From: Trypanosoma brucei
Taxonomy: Eukaryota
Assembly (NCBI GenBank): GCA_000002445.1
Contig: CP000067.1
Coordinates: 320,001 to 384,000 of the forward strand
Direction of reading: 5' to 3'
Length of the DNA: 64,000 nt
Below are positions 51,443 to 61,486 of the stretch, one piece after another. Position 1 is the stretch's first letter. The number at the start of each line of letters is the position of its first letter. The notes under the pieces were generated by a model. It searched no databases and was not told where the DNA came from. It saw only the letters and a list, made by a program, of their open reading frames with translations. The position numbers were made by a program, and so were the translations under genes.

Positions 51443-52708
51443 TCACATAAGTTTATTAAAGCAAGTACTTTCCCATCCTGCTGGAACCTCTCGCGCCACT
51501 TCTACATTTGCAGCACGAACAAAAGCTTTGCTCCACGGAACGAAGGCTCCATCGTTAGGGCTGCCGTCACGCCGAGCCACACGGGCCGCTGCCCCCAGCT
51601 GAAGCCACTCCAGCTCTTTTATTGGGCACACGTTCCATATGTCGTCGACGAATTTTGTGCAGCTGTGTACGTGTACGCTGGCTTCCTCTTTTTCTGCTCC
51701 GCCGCGGACACACCCGCCTACTGTCACAAGAAGTTTCACAAGTGCCCTGGTGACCGGGGCAAAGTAACCCTCCCCAACAAACTCACGAAACATACGAGCA
51801 AATAACACGTAATGTAATGTATCTATCTCAAGTTGCCTTTTCCGTTTTTCGCTATTTTCCACAGTTTCTACCGCGGCGATCATTGCGAAGGAACCATGGT
51901 ACCACACCTGCGCAATAACTTGGCGACATGATCTGTCGTCCCCCGCAAGACCGCTGTTTCTGTAAGCCCGTACAAGGGAGATCATTGTGGTGAAGCAAAA
52001 GTAAATCGTTGGGTGAACACCATCAACAAGTATACAGGCGGGTGAAGGCGCACCGCCAATATTCCAGTAGGTGGGGAAGGCCACTTCCTCAACGAACAAC
52101 GTAGCACAGCGCTCGACAAGCTTCGTGTAAGCTTTGACAACGTTTAATATCAGGGGATGAAGTAAAATTGGGTTCAAAGACGTACAGTTGCCGGTCGTTT
52201 TCATCTTATCTCCCGGAAGGTGATAATATTCCTGCAGTAGGTCAATGAACATCAGCACCTGTTGTAACAAGTCTAGTGGAGGAATCAGCGCTGCTATCTC
52301 AGCGGTCCGCTTAGCCACGACATCGACTACAGCCTTCGTGAGGGACTCAACACACTCTGAGTTGGTGGAGACAGCTGAGCTGCACGATGCTGCTGTAAGT
52401 ATGGACGACTCAACTGCTGCACTCGACGCCAAGATTGCCTCCAACAGTGGCCTGTAATTCAGTAGTGGATTGCCACTCATCACATAGGAAACCGCGTTCT
52501 TCACAAAGCCGGACCACATGTCCACCAACTTCCTTTGCATATCTTCTCCCTCCTCCGTTCCCGGTGCCAGTGGCAGGTTGGTCCACAATGTGATCAAGTC
52601 AGCGCAATCGGCCTCAAAGGAGCGAGCGGATGCATAACTCTTGAACTTGTTGGGGCGGCTTAACCTTTGAAGGAGGTAAGATGCCTCAGGCGGGACACCT
52701 ATCATCAT
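51443..52708 (-). CDS. Hypothetical protein, 421 aa
   Basis: ATG start (MMIGVPPEAS...); long helical ORF with no recognised motif. Confidence 0.55.
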   Translation of the reverse strand: MMIGVPPEASYLLQRLSRPNKFKSYASARSFEADCADLITLWTNLPLAPGTEEGEDMQRKLVDMWSGFVKNAVSYVMSGNPLLNYRPLLEAILASSAAVESSILTAASCSSAVSTNSECVESLTKAVVDVVAKRTAEIAALIPPLDLLQQVLMFIDLLQEYYHLPGDKMKTTGNCTSLNPILLHPLILNVVKAYTKLVERCATLFVEEVAFPTYWNIGGAPSPACILVDGVHPTIYFCFTTMISLVRAYRNSGLAGDDRSCRQVIAQVWYHGSFAMIAAVETVENSEKRKRQLEIDTLHYVLFARMFREFVGEGYFAPVTRALVKLLVTVGGCVRGGAEKEEASVHVHSCTKFVDDIWNVCPIKELEWLQLGAAARVARRDGSPNDGAFVPWSKAFVRAANVEVAREVPAGWESTCFNKLM

Positions 52709-53161
52709 GGTTGCATCAAGCGTCCAGAAAAATGTCGTTTTTACCTTCCCACAGGGGGTACAGTACTGTAGGTGCTAGTGTATAGATGTATTTGTGCGGA
52801 AAAAAGAGAAAAGGGATAATGTGCCCATGGATATGAGGCAGAACACTAAACACTAGTCCAACGCATGCACGGGCACCACACGTCCTTTTATTTGTTTAGT
52901 TCGCACAACACTAACGCAGCTCCACCTGGCACGAAGGTTATCTAACCCTCACCCAAACTTTTTTCAGTGTATTACAAATTCGTTATGAGGGAGTTTCTAA
53001 GACAGTGACACTGGTGCCAGTAACTAAGCACATAAGCAAACATATATATGTATAAATTTACGAAGAGGGGGATCAATATGGGTAGCCAACCCTTCAGCGC
53101 TAAATTCTCCCTTTGGAGAAGTGACACCAAGACGGGAGAGGGAGAGGAACATACATGCGCT

Positions 53162-54652
53162 CTACGCTCTCCCGTCTCTTGTGTTATTTCCGCCTCTCCT
53201 CCTTGGTTTTGGCTCCTTCGTTCCTCCCACAATACGAACGTGTTCCAATGTGTCGTTCCCAAGTCCTCTGGACAACTTCGCAAACGTTCGCAAGTTAGTT
53301 TCCACGTCTGTAATTGTTTGTCGCAGCTCATTGATTTCCGTTAAGAGGGAGTACTCCCGTGTCGCGTAGTGTTGCACGACACTCCGCAACTCCTGCTGGA
53401 GCTCATCGATCGTTTTTTGGTGTGCTTCTTCCTCCCTCCTCCGCTGCATCAACTCCTCCTGAATGCTTTTGTTAGCATTGTGTAGTTGCCACCACCGCTC
53501 ACGGGAGGCAGCACAAGCCCTTTCTGCGACAATGACGCTACACAGCGAGGGGTCACCCATGAGTTCATCATTCAAATGGTGAGAGCCTCCATGCATTTCT
53601 GTTTCGTACTCCACACGACGAGTATTCAACTCACTTATAATCATAAGAGCCAATTGCTCGTTTGACGTTTCAACTTTGGAGTCGAATTTTGCGTTAATGT
53701 GCTTCTTGCTCACCTTTTCCGCTGCGGCGTCAACGTATTCGTCCGCGAGGGATGACGGGATATTGTCTCTGTCAGGATACTGTACACGATTGACAGCACC
53801 CGTAGCATTGTCTAGGAGAACAACCACACGGTGCACAAAGGCGTCGCTGTCGTAGTCCCATATCTGTTGTGTGAGGAGGCTCATGGAAAAGAGGTGTTTG
53901 TGCTGCAGGTAATGTTCCCTTGCGTGCTTAGCTTGGTATCGACTACATCCAACGTACCCACACACAAGGCAGATCCATGGATCACCTGTGCGGCTGCACT
54001 GCTCACATTGCACTTTCTGGCTCTCATGCTGCATTGTGATGGATGTTTGACACACCACGCAGGAGGACTGCTCGAGCAGGCACCTGCACTCCCTTCCATC
54101 AACACAACTACAAGTGGGAGAACTGTAGCCGGTAAGTGTGGGTTCCAACCTCTCTGCGCAAAGCGTGCATGTGGGGACAATATAATAATTGCTCTCCAAC
54201 TCAGAGTCTGATATTTCATCATTATCGCACGGAAACACCAACACGCGACGCTTCCCCACCGTTGGTGCCTCTGGCTCTTGCGAGAATGAGTGCACGTCTA
54301 AAGTAGTAAGTGTGTCAGGGCATTCGATGACAACAACGGTGCAACCCGAGAGGATGCACACATAAAGCTGTAGTATCTGGAAAGAATAGACTCCCCTCTC
54401 CCTAATCCAGTTGAAATAATGAGACACAAGATCAGTTACTTCATCCTTCACTTTTCCCTCTTCCAGCGGATTGCGCGTCTGAAAAGTGAAAATTACGTGT
54501 TTCGTGGGCACAAAGGGCACAAAGAATTCCCGCTTGAAACTAAGTCGGCGGAGTAGCTGAACGTAGCCAACGGTAGCCTGGACGGGGGGAAAGTTAGTCA
54601 TCTCACACATTTGGTCACTGGAAACGACATCCGCTACTCGACACCGAAGCAT
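53162..54652 (-). CDS. BRAP2/IMP-like E3 ligase (BRAP2 N-domain, RING finger, ZnF-UBP, C-terminal coiled-coil), ~496 aa
   Basis: The ORF-track start is TTG; the first ATG gives MLRCRVADVV.... RING CTLCAERLE...CSCVDGRECRCLLEQSSCVVCQ; ZnF-UBP CEQCSRTGDPWICLVCGYVGCSRYQAKHAREHYLQHKH; then a coiled-coil tail. Confidence 0.8.
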   Translation of the reverse strand: MLRCRVADVVSSDQMCEMTNFPPVQATVGYVQLLRRLSFKREFFVPFVPTKHVIFTFQTRNPLEEGKVKDEVTDLVSHYFNWIRERGVYSFQILQLYVCILSGCTVVVIECPDTLTTLDVHSFSQEPEAPTVGKRRVLVFPCDNDEISDSELESNYYIVPTCTLCAERLEPTLTGYSSPTCSCVDGRECRCLLEQSSCVVCQTSITMQHESQKVQCEQCSRTGDPWICLVCGYVGCSRYQAKHAREHYLQHKHLFSMSLLTQQIWDYDSDAFVHRVVVLLDNATGAVNRVQYPDRDNIPSSLADEYVDAAAEKVSKKHINAKFDSKVETSNEQLALMIISELNTRRVEYETEMHGGSHHLNDELMGDPSLCSVIVAERACAASRERWWQLHNANKSIQEELMQRRREEEAHQKTIDELQQELRSVVQHYATREYSLLTEINELRQTITDVETNLRTFAKLSRGLGNDTLEHVRIVGGTKEPKPRRRGGNNTRDGRA

Positions 54653-55058
54653 CGTACATGCAACCCCACTGGGCAATCAAAACAACTAACTAATTGCAAC
54701 AAAACCAAAACTAGAGCCGCAATCCAAAACAAATCAGTAATAATAATAATTATGATTATTATTATCAATGCAGGAATTTCTGCTTTTTTTCTTAGTGGGG
54801 AGTTACCGCATAGAAGATCGGGTGAGATGGGATGAAGGACGACGGTAAAATACAAAGACGGTAACTAATGAACACAACAAGTTAACCAGAAAAAAAAATC
54901 TGTCATTATGGAGTGGCTATGCACGTAGGTGCCCGCTCGCGGTCCGTTAGGACACGGGGGACGAGGGAAACATGCACGCGTATGTTTTTTTTTCTTGTGT
55001 ATGACAGACCGATGCGTCGGTGAAAACTTTGCGAATATTGTGACCTCACCTATTAGAC

Positions 55059-55490
55059 TCAGTACTTTGTACGCATGTTGAACATGACGGGCCTCTTTGG
55101 CCGCAACTGCGAATCCATTTCCCCTTCAAGCGCTCCATCTGCTACCGCTCGCTTCCCATTAACTACACACTGAGGGCAGCCGCCACCCCGCACTACACGT
55201 TTCTCAACACTCATTTGATACGAATGGCTGCAAATGGCGCACTTCCACCATACCGGCTGCACGTGACCAATTCCAATAATTGCCGGATACATGTGCATTG
55301 GATTGAGTTCATCATGCCATTCTGCTGCGATGTCCGGTGCAGCCGTTGCAAGTCGTGTTGGGAGGTGGAAACGCTTCGCTACGAACATTTCTACCCGTTT
55401 GCGGTTGGCTATTCGAATGTGCGATGCTTTGAAGCGCAGTTGGTTAGCGCTCAGGGGAAAATGTGCTATGGAAGGTCCAAAGTGCCGCAT
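55059..55490 (-). CDS. Small zinc-ribbon protein (treble-clef/zinc-ribbon-like Cys motif), ~143 aa
   Basis: The ORF-track start is TTG, immediately followed by ATG. Motif WWKCAICSHSYQMSVEKRVVRGGGCPQCV is of the W-x-C-x2-C...GCP-x-C zinc-ribbon type. Confidence 0.4.
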   Translation of the reverse strand: MRHFGPSIAHFPLSANQLRFKASHIRIANRKRVEMFVAKRFHLPTRLATAAPDIAAEWHDELNPMHMYPAIIGIGHVQPVWWKCAICSHSYQMSVEKRVVRGGGCPQCVVNGKRAVADGALEGEMDSQLRPKRPVMFNMRTKY

Positions 55491-56505
55491 CAATAACTGC
55501 TATCTAAGTAAGTATTAACCGAGATGAGAAGTAAATTAAAGGACGGGAAATAGATGATACAGGGTACAGACTAAAAGAGTTTCCTTTCTTCCCTTTTTTT
55601 ATTTTTCATTTATAAAACACACAACCACTGCAACATTGTGTAATGAGGAGGAAAACAAGTGATACAACGATACCATTCGTGGTTAAATTTTCGCGACACC
55701 ATGAAGGCAGTAGTAACTTTTTGTTGTTGTTGTCGTGCCACATACCAAACAAGAAAGACAGTAAATGTTCCGGCATTTTGGGGATTTAACATTCACCATG
55801 TGACCCCCATCCTTCCTCTCTCTCTCTCTCATACACGTACACACACATACACACGTATAAAAAGCAGAGAAAGAATCAAATACCTCCCCTTTCACATTTA
55901 AATGCACAGACAGACAGAGAGAGATATATGATAATGTGTCATTTCCCACGGAGGCGGTGCAGAAATCGCACAAAACACTCGCAATGCAGCGCATTACATG
56001 ACCGCATGGGAGCGTAGACGAGTCCCAACAAGTTCTGTACTGAGTATCAGTTAACGGATACTCTCTTCTTCAAGTTTATTCCCTTTTCATTTTATTTTGC
56101 ATCTTTTACACACATGTACGCTAGGCAACTGCGCCAATACAGGCGGTTTCATGTGGCGGCGCCAAGAAGTAACACAATCTGCCCTCCATCAGCCTCTCCC
56201 CCACGAAAAAAAAAAGAAAAAGTGCCACGAAAGTTTGTGCCCAAATAGCTCAGGGTTAAGCTGCAGTGTATGTATTGGCGTCATTTAACAAAGCAAATGG
56301 CGGTCGAGAGGAGAAAATACAAAACAAAAAGAAACAAAACAAAGGCATGTGCTATCGCACAAATCGAAAGTAAATGGACTTACAAAGAAAAAAATGAAGA
56401 GTGAGCAAACAAGAAAAACTATGTTACTTCTTTCATCAGGTACCGTTCCCCCCCCTGGATTGTCGGCCCCCTGCTTTTCAGTTCGCACTTCCTTTAACCC
56501 AAGAG

Positions 56506-58668
56506 TTATTCTGAGTCACTACTCAGGTCAATCACTTCTTTGGCGTTTGCCCTGTCCGAACTTTTGTAACCACTTTGACACCACCTTCGGATAGCTGCTT
56601 GAGTAGTGGCAGCAACCGATGGCGGTTTCCTGCTATGAGGTCGGCCACGCTTACGGATCTGAGTTACGCTACCAAGCCTACAAACTGTGCTCATGACACG
56701 CTCCGGTTGAATATTCATCTCCTTACACACCACTTCGTTGCGTGCATTCTCCACCAAGTTCGGTAAAGAACCACTTTCATTTCTATTGTGCGTATCCTCC
56801 GATGCGGTGCTCTCCTCATCCTCCACATCCACACATTCGGGTCCTTTGCGGCTCTCACAGGTGTTTGCAGAACTCAACCCCTTACTTGGCTCCGCGTTCA
56901 AGCTCCGCCCAATGGCAAAAGGGTTCCGCTGCTTTTCAGTTTTGATGGACTCTTCTTGTTTAGCATCTCCAGGCTGTGTGCGTGTTTCGGGACTGTCCAC
57001 TGAAGATGCCCTCGCCAACAGCCGACAGATGGGCTGCATGTTGGAGTAGCGGGTGCGCAGCCGGGGGGCCTTTTCAGCAAATAAGGACTCGTGTTGCGCG
57101 AACGCTTCTTTTGACACCGTTGGCACCACGAGGGCGGGATTCACAAATTCCACAAAGTCAATGAGTTCGGAAAAGCAACAGTGCTCACTGTAGGGAATGT
57201 TCAGAAGCGACACGCGCTCATTGATTTTCTGTCTGGAAACCTTCGCAGCCCACCCGGTGGGATTCACGAAGAGGACGCCATCAAATTGCTTTAAATCCAC
57301 CCTTTCGTTTCCCCACAGACTAACTGTTTCATCACCGGTATCGGCTGCTCCACCATCTATTGCGGTGCCTTCTCCATGCCTTCTTCTCACTGGTCTGCCG
57401 AACGCTGGAGCCAGAGCACTGTACGTTGTTAAGGACAATGGGACGAGAAACAGGGCTAACGAGTATTTCACCCCACCGGTCATCGAGTCGGGGGCCACAT
57501 GGTCAGAAGACATTTCACCAGCAGTTTTTGATGTTGAAATCTCCGAGTCGACGGGTAGCTTTACCTCACATGTTGTGAATCGGCCTGTGCATTCCCCGCC
57601 GCTTTCCCCGTTTCCTCCCATACGATAACCAAGATAGATGTCTTGGGGTTCCTTCATATGGTGTGGCGTAAAGCGCTCGGGAAAATAATCTAGTTGCCTC
57701 ATGGCCTCGTACCTCTCCGGGGTCACGTATATTGGGGCGTACGCAGGCGCCCCATCGCCAGATTTCTTTGAGGGAAAGTTCTCCTGAACTGAGAGAGCAA
57801 TAATCTCCTTTCCAATGAAGTAGGATCCCACTATCACAGCTACTGAGACCGTCTGCCCCTCCTCCTTTGTTTGCATGTGCTCTTGGCTCTGGGAGTAACT
57901 TAGCCGGCGTTCGCATCCCATGATCATGTCTAATACCTCCTTATTTACTGTTTGAAAAATCGCGGCTCGGTCCGGAAACGTGAACTGCGGTTGGCAGTAT
58001 GTATTATCAAGGAAGAGCACATCGACGTTTCCCATACTCTTCAGCACAGGGTTGCTCCTGAGGTCCGGTTCCCAGCACCTGTGTTTGATGCTCAAAGCGG
58101 GGACAGCGGGTGAGCTGAAGCGAAAATCACCCGTGTGGAGAATCGTGCCGAAGTCTGCCGATCGAAAGAGAAACATAACTGCACCAGGACAGTGATTAGC
58201 GGGTATCAATTCCACTGAGAAACAACCTTCGCCACACTCTGCTCGTCCTTCCTCCTTCTTCACCAGATCACCATTGCGGAGGGAGAAAATATACGTCACC
58301 GCAAGGTCCAAGCATTCCACACAGGACCTCCGAACGCCCAGCTTCCAGCACAAAACATTCCCTGTGGCGCGGCTAGCGTAAATAGTTCCGTGCGACCACT
58401 TCTCAGTAATACCGCTGTAATGATCCGAATGGAAGTGCGAGAGAAAAAACAACCCGCGAAACGACTCTCCAGCGGGCCCTAACCCCGAAGACGCGCCGTC
58501 ACCGTCCGCTCGGCACGATTTCAAGTATCTGCGTGTGTGAACAAACGCATCAACAAGGATAGCAACCGACGCGTTCCGGTACACCTCTCTGGTGAGCATG
58601 TACTTTTTGAGAGTGTCTGGCATATCATCACCAGTGCGAGTCACCTTACCTGCAGCTCCACCTGCCAT
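56506..58668 (-). CDS. SNM1: DNA interstrand cross-link repair nuclease SNM1/PSO2 (MBL/beta-CASP with C-terminal DRMBL), 720 aa
   Basis: ATG start. GLFFLSHFHSDHYSGI (cf. FLTHFHSDHY), ILHTGDFRF, and the beta-CASP and DRMBL regions; the C-terminus is Ser/basic-rich. Confidence 0.88.
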   Translation of the reverse strand: MAGGAAGKVTRTGDDMPDTLKKYMLTREVYRNASVAILVDAFVHTRRYLKSCRADGDGASSGLGPAGESFRGLFFLSHFHSDHYSGITEKWSHGTIYASRATGNVLCWKLGVRRSCVECLDLAVTYIFSLRNGDLVKKEEGRAECGEGCFSVELIPANHCPGAVMFLFRSADFGTILHTGDFRFSSPAVPALSIKHRCWEPDLRSNPVLKSMGNVDVLFLDNTYCQPQFTFPDRAAIFQTVNKEVLDMIMGCERRLSYSQSQEHMQTKEEGQTVSVAVIVGSYFIGKEIIALSVQENFPSKKSGDGAPAYAPIYVTPERYEAMRQLDYFPERFTPHHMKEPQDIYLGYRMGGNGESGGECTGRFTTCEVKLPVDSEISTSKTAGEMSSDHVAPDSMTGGVKYSLALFLVPLSLTTYSALAPAFGRPVRRRHGEGTAIDGGAADTGDETVSLWGNERVDLKQFDGVLFVNPTGWAAKVSRQKINERVSLLNIPYSEHCCFSELIDFVEFVNPALVVPTVSKEAFAQHESLFAEKAPRLRTRYSNMQPICRLLARASSVDSPETRTQPGDAKQEESIKTEKQRNPFAIGRSLNAEPSKGLSSANTCESRKGPECVDVEDEESTASEDTHNRNESGSLPNLVENARNEVVCKEMNIQPERVMSTVCRLGSVTQIRKRGRPHSRKPPSVAATTQAAIRRWCQSGYKSSDRANAKEVIDLSSDSE

Positions 58669-59059
58669 CTCTTGTGTACGAGGTTGATGACACCTTCTCG
58701 GCCCCTCCTATCCTTTGAAACAAATGCAGAGCAGTTACAGCACCGGAATTAACGGGTAGGACCACAGTAAAAATTGAATCTGAAGCAATGAAGGAATTAG
58801 AACCAAAAGGGGCAGCTGTGTCAAAGTGCACTCCTTCAACGACGACCGCAAAGAACAGGCACCTCATCTCCCTGGGGAAAGCGGGTGGGAGCTGGGAGAA
58901 CGGGTGTGTGAAGAGAAGGGATTGTAAACCGGAGGATGAACGCAGCGGCAACAGCCAAGATAGTCGAAGCAACTAAACAAAAAAAAATGTGTACACTATT
59001 CACTCCACTTCCCTCCTTCCCGGGTCTGTGATGATGAACCACACCTGCCAGTTGCTTGG

Positions 59060-60871
59060 TCACGCGTGTTTCCATCTGCCGTACCCCTCGTCAAGAACGC
59101 TGTCCTCCGTTAACGCTGGTGGCTCCATGGCTCCAATTAGTCGCATGAGGGCGTCGTAAAGGGGATCCTGCAAATCAATCAGCCTCCCCAAAATTGCACA
59201 GGCCACGCCCACCGCAACCCCAAGGGCGATGAAGTCGGGGACAAACATTGCCAACTGCGGTACAAGCCTATACATCACCAAACCTGCAATAACAAAAACG
59301 AGGAGGCTTATGACAAGAATAAACGTCCTCACAAACTTCCTGAAGAGGACTCGAGGCGTAACGAGTATGATGTTTTGATTGAGCAAATGCACTCGAACAT
59401 CAGACGACTGGGAATATTCTAGCAACGCTGCGACAGAAATAAGAAACCCCATGACTGCGCACGCCACGACAACCAGCGTTTTGTAGCACGCTTTTTCGGT
59501 ACGAGGTCCAGCGGAGACTTCCTCATCCATGGTCACTGTTTCCTCCACCACCTCTCGAAGCATTGTCACGACCTTTTCAACGTATGACCCACTAGTTCTC
59601 ACACCATGCTCTAGATCCTCTAATGAATGATAACAATGAAAGCCCAACGCTACGAGCACCGCCAGTGTGCCACCAAACCGGGAGTGAGTGACATTGGCGA
59701 CTAAACTATACAGGATACATATATCCAACCACCAGAGCGAGAACAAAGGAATAAGTCGCAGCGACCCCCACTTTGTCGTGTGGTTCATCTTATACACCAC
59801 GAATGAAACTGCGGTAGTGATGCAGATAATGTAACTGACTGCGCAAGAGTCAATGATGGCGGGTATCCAAACCGTCAAGAGGAAGAACATTAACCAAATG
59901 AGAAGCAACTCCACCACATGGACGCTCACAACCAGCGCCAATACGGAGAGATACACCATAAAAAAGAGGACTATGCACTTGCTAATGCCATTCGTTGTTT
60001 CCCTGACGGATGAAGCAGAAGACGTTGACGCAGTCCACCCAGCTCGCTTCGATGGACCGAAGGTATAATTCACCATAGCGTACCATACCACTGAGGTAAG
60101 GAGTAAACTCCACGAACTGTATTGACGAAGGCCATCCCCGTACATCATTGTGTATGCCTCACACAATGAACGAAATATCATTATCGTCATGATATACCAA
60201 CGCAAGGCTGCGTGAGCGCTCCTTCGGGCGTCTCGCCCCGAACGGTAAACAAACGCCAGTATTACCGCTGGTAACATACGCTTTACAAAAGACATTGCGT
60301 ACGCCTTTAAAATTTGCACCTGAATAAGAAAGTGTGGATTAGCGTACTTCAGACGCGGGTCGAAGCCGGTCTGCTCAAACCCACGAAATCCTGTAAGCAC
60401 GAAATGCGCAATGGAATCGCTACTGGAAAGTTCGCATGCCGCTTCCTCCTTCAGAATTACCATCCCCTCGCAGGCTAGCATTAAGCACATGATGGCTACA
60501 GGCCACCTTCTGCTGTTGCTGTCTACTCCACTCTCCTGCACAAGGTGGTATAAAACATCGCGGCCGGTTTTAACATACGTGAACATGGCGAGTGCTGACA
60601 GTGCCACACCGTAAAGTGTCAGAGACAAGCGCTCGTTGAGTGTCATCAACTCCAGCCGCCGCTGGTACTCGACGGACCACACAATTTCTGTTCCGAAGGA
60701 ACTGTGCATGGTAACAGCCAGCCATGCAATCACCGGATTTTCTCGTATCGAGGCGAGAAAGAAGGCCCCAAAGAGTGCAAAGATTTGAAAGTACCGGGGA
60801 AGGTACTCGAGTGAGCGATAAATACTGCCGAGGTGCTGATGACTTCCAGTGGAGATACCGCCGTCTGACAT
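59060..60871 (-). CDS. Polytopic membrane protein (at least 10 predicted TM helices), 603 aa
   Basis: ATG start. Repeated hydrophobic stretches (IFALFGAFFLASI, LTLYGVALSALAMFTYV, LSVLALVVSVHVVELLLIWLMFFLLTVWIPAII, VVVACAVMGFLISVAALL, ILVISLLVFVIAGLVMY). No transporter signature recognised. Confidence 0.6.
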   Translation of the reverse strand: MSDGGISTGSHQHLGSIYRSLEYLPRYFQIFALFGAFFLASIRENPVIAWLAVTMHSSFGTEIVWSVEYQRRLELMTLNERLSLTLYGVALSALAMFTYVKTGRDVLYHLVQESGVDSNSRRWPVAIMCLMLACEGMVILKEEAACELSSSDSIAHFVLTGFRGFEQTGFDPRLKYANPHFLIQVQILKAYAMSFVKRMLPAVILAFVYRSGRDARRSAHAALRWYIMTIMIFRSLCEAYTMMYGDGLRQYSSWSLLLTSVVWYAMVNYTFGPSKRAGWTASTSSASSVRETTNGISKCIVLFFMVYLSVLALVVSVHVVELLLIWLMFFLLTVWIPAIIDSCAVSYIICITTAVSFVVYKMNHTTKWGSLRLIPLFSLWWLDICILYSLVANVTHSRFGGTLAVLVALGFHCYHSLEDLEHGVRTSGSYVEKVVTMLREVVEETVTMDEEVSAGPRTEKACYKTLVVVACAVMGFLISVAALLEYSQSSDVRVHLLNQNIILVTPRVLFRKFVRTFILVISLLVFVIAGLVMYRLVPQLAMFVPDFIALGVAVGVACAILGRLIDLQDPLYDALMRLIGAMEPPALTEDSVLDEGYGRWKHA

Positions 60872-61486
60872 GGTAGTTCTCCCGGACGTTCCAAAGAGTT
60901 TCTTTGAGTAGGTGTTCTATGTTGGCGAGCTGGCCGCCTGTCGTGCAAGTATTGAAAGTGGCCCAAACAAAAGAAAGATGATAGGAGGAAAAGAGATGCC
61001 ACAAACGAAAAGGAACAAGTGTGGTAAAATGTACCAAACACAAAAGAAGGAACACGCGCCTGAATATGGATTAATAAAGAAATGAGGGAGATGTGAACAA
61101 CTCCACGCGTTATGTATCTGTGACTTTTGGTACGCAGGTGTTCTTCCAGCAGACAGAACACAGGAGGGGGCAAGTGTGATTAAGAGGAACGAAAAAAAAA
61201 GTGTGCCGAAAGCTAAAGGAGAACTGCCACCATTTCTTCTCTGCCTTTACCCCTCCCCCCCAAATCCACACACTCAAGTGCCGCGTAAATAGTCGCCACA
61301 CTCTGGAGTTCCTTAGGGTTTGAAAAAGATTACTATTGCTTACCTTAAGCGGCGTACTTATCCTCTGCCTCCATTCCCTACCAAAAGTGCGCATGCAGAC
61401 CCGAAACATGGTGGCATAGGGAACATAGCGCTAAGACCTTCTGGGGAAATGGTTTCATGAGCTCGACCCACTCATCTTTGGCCACA

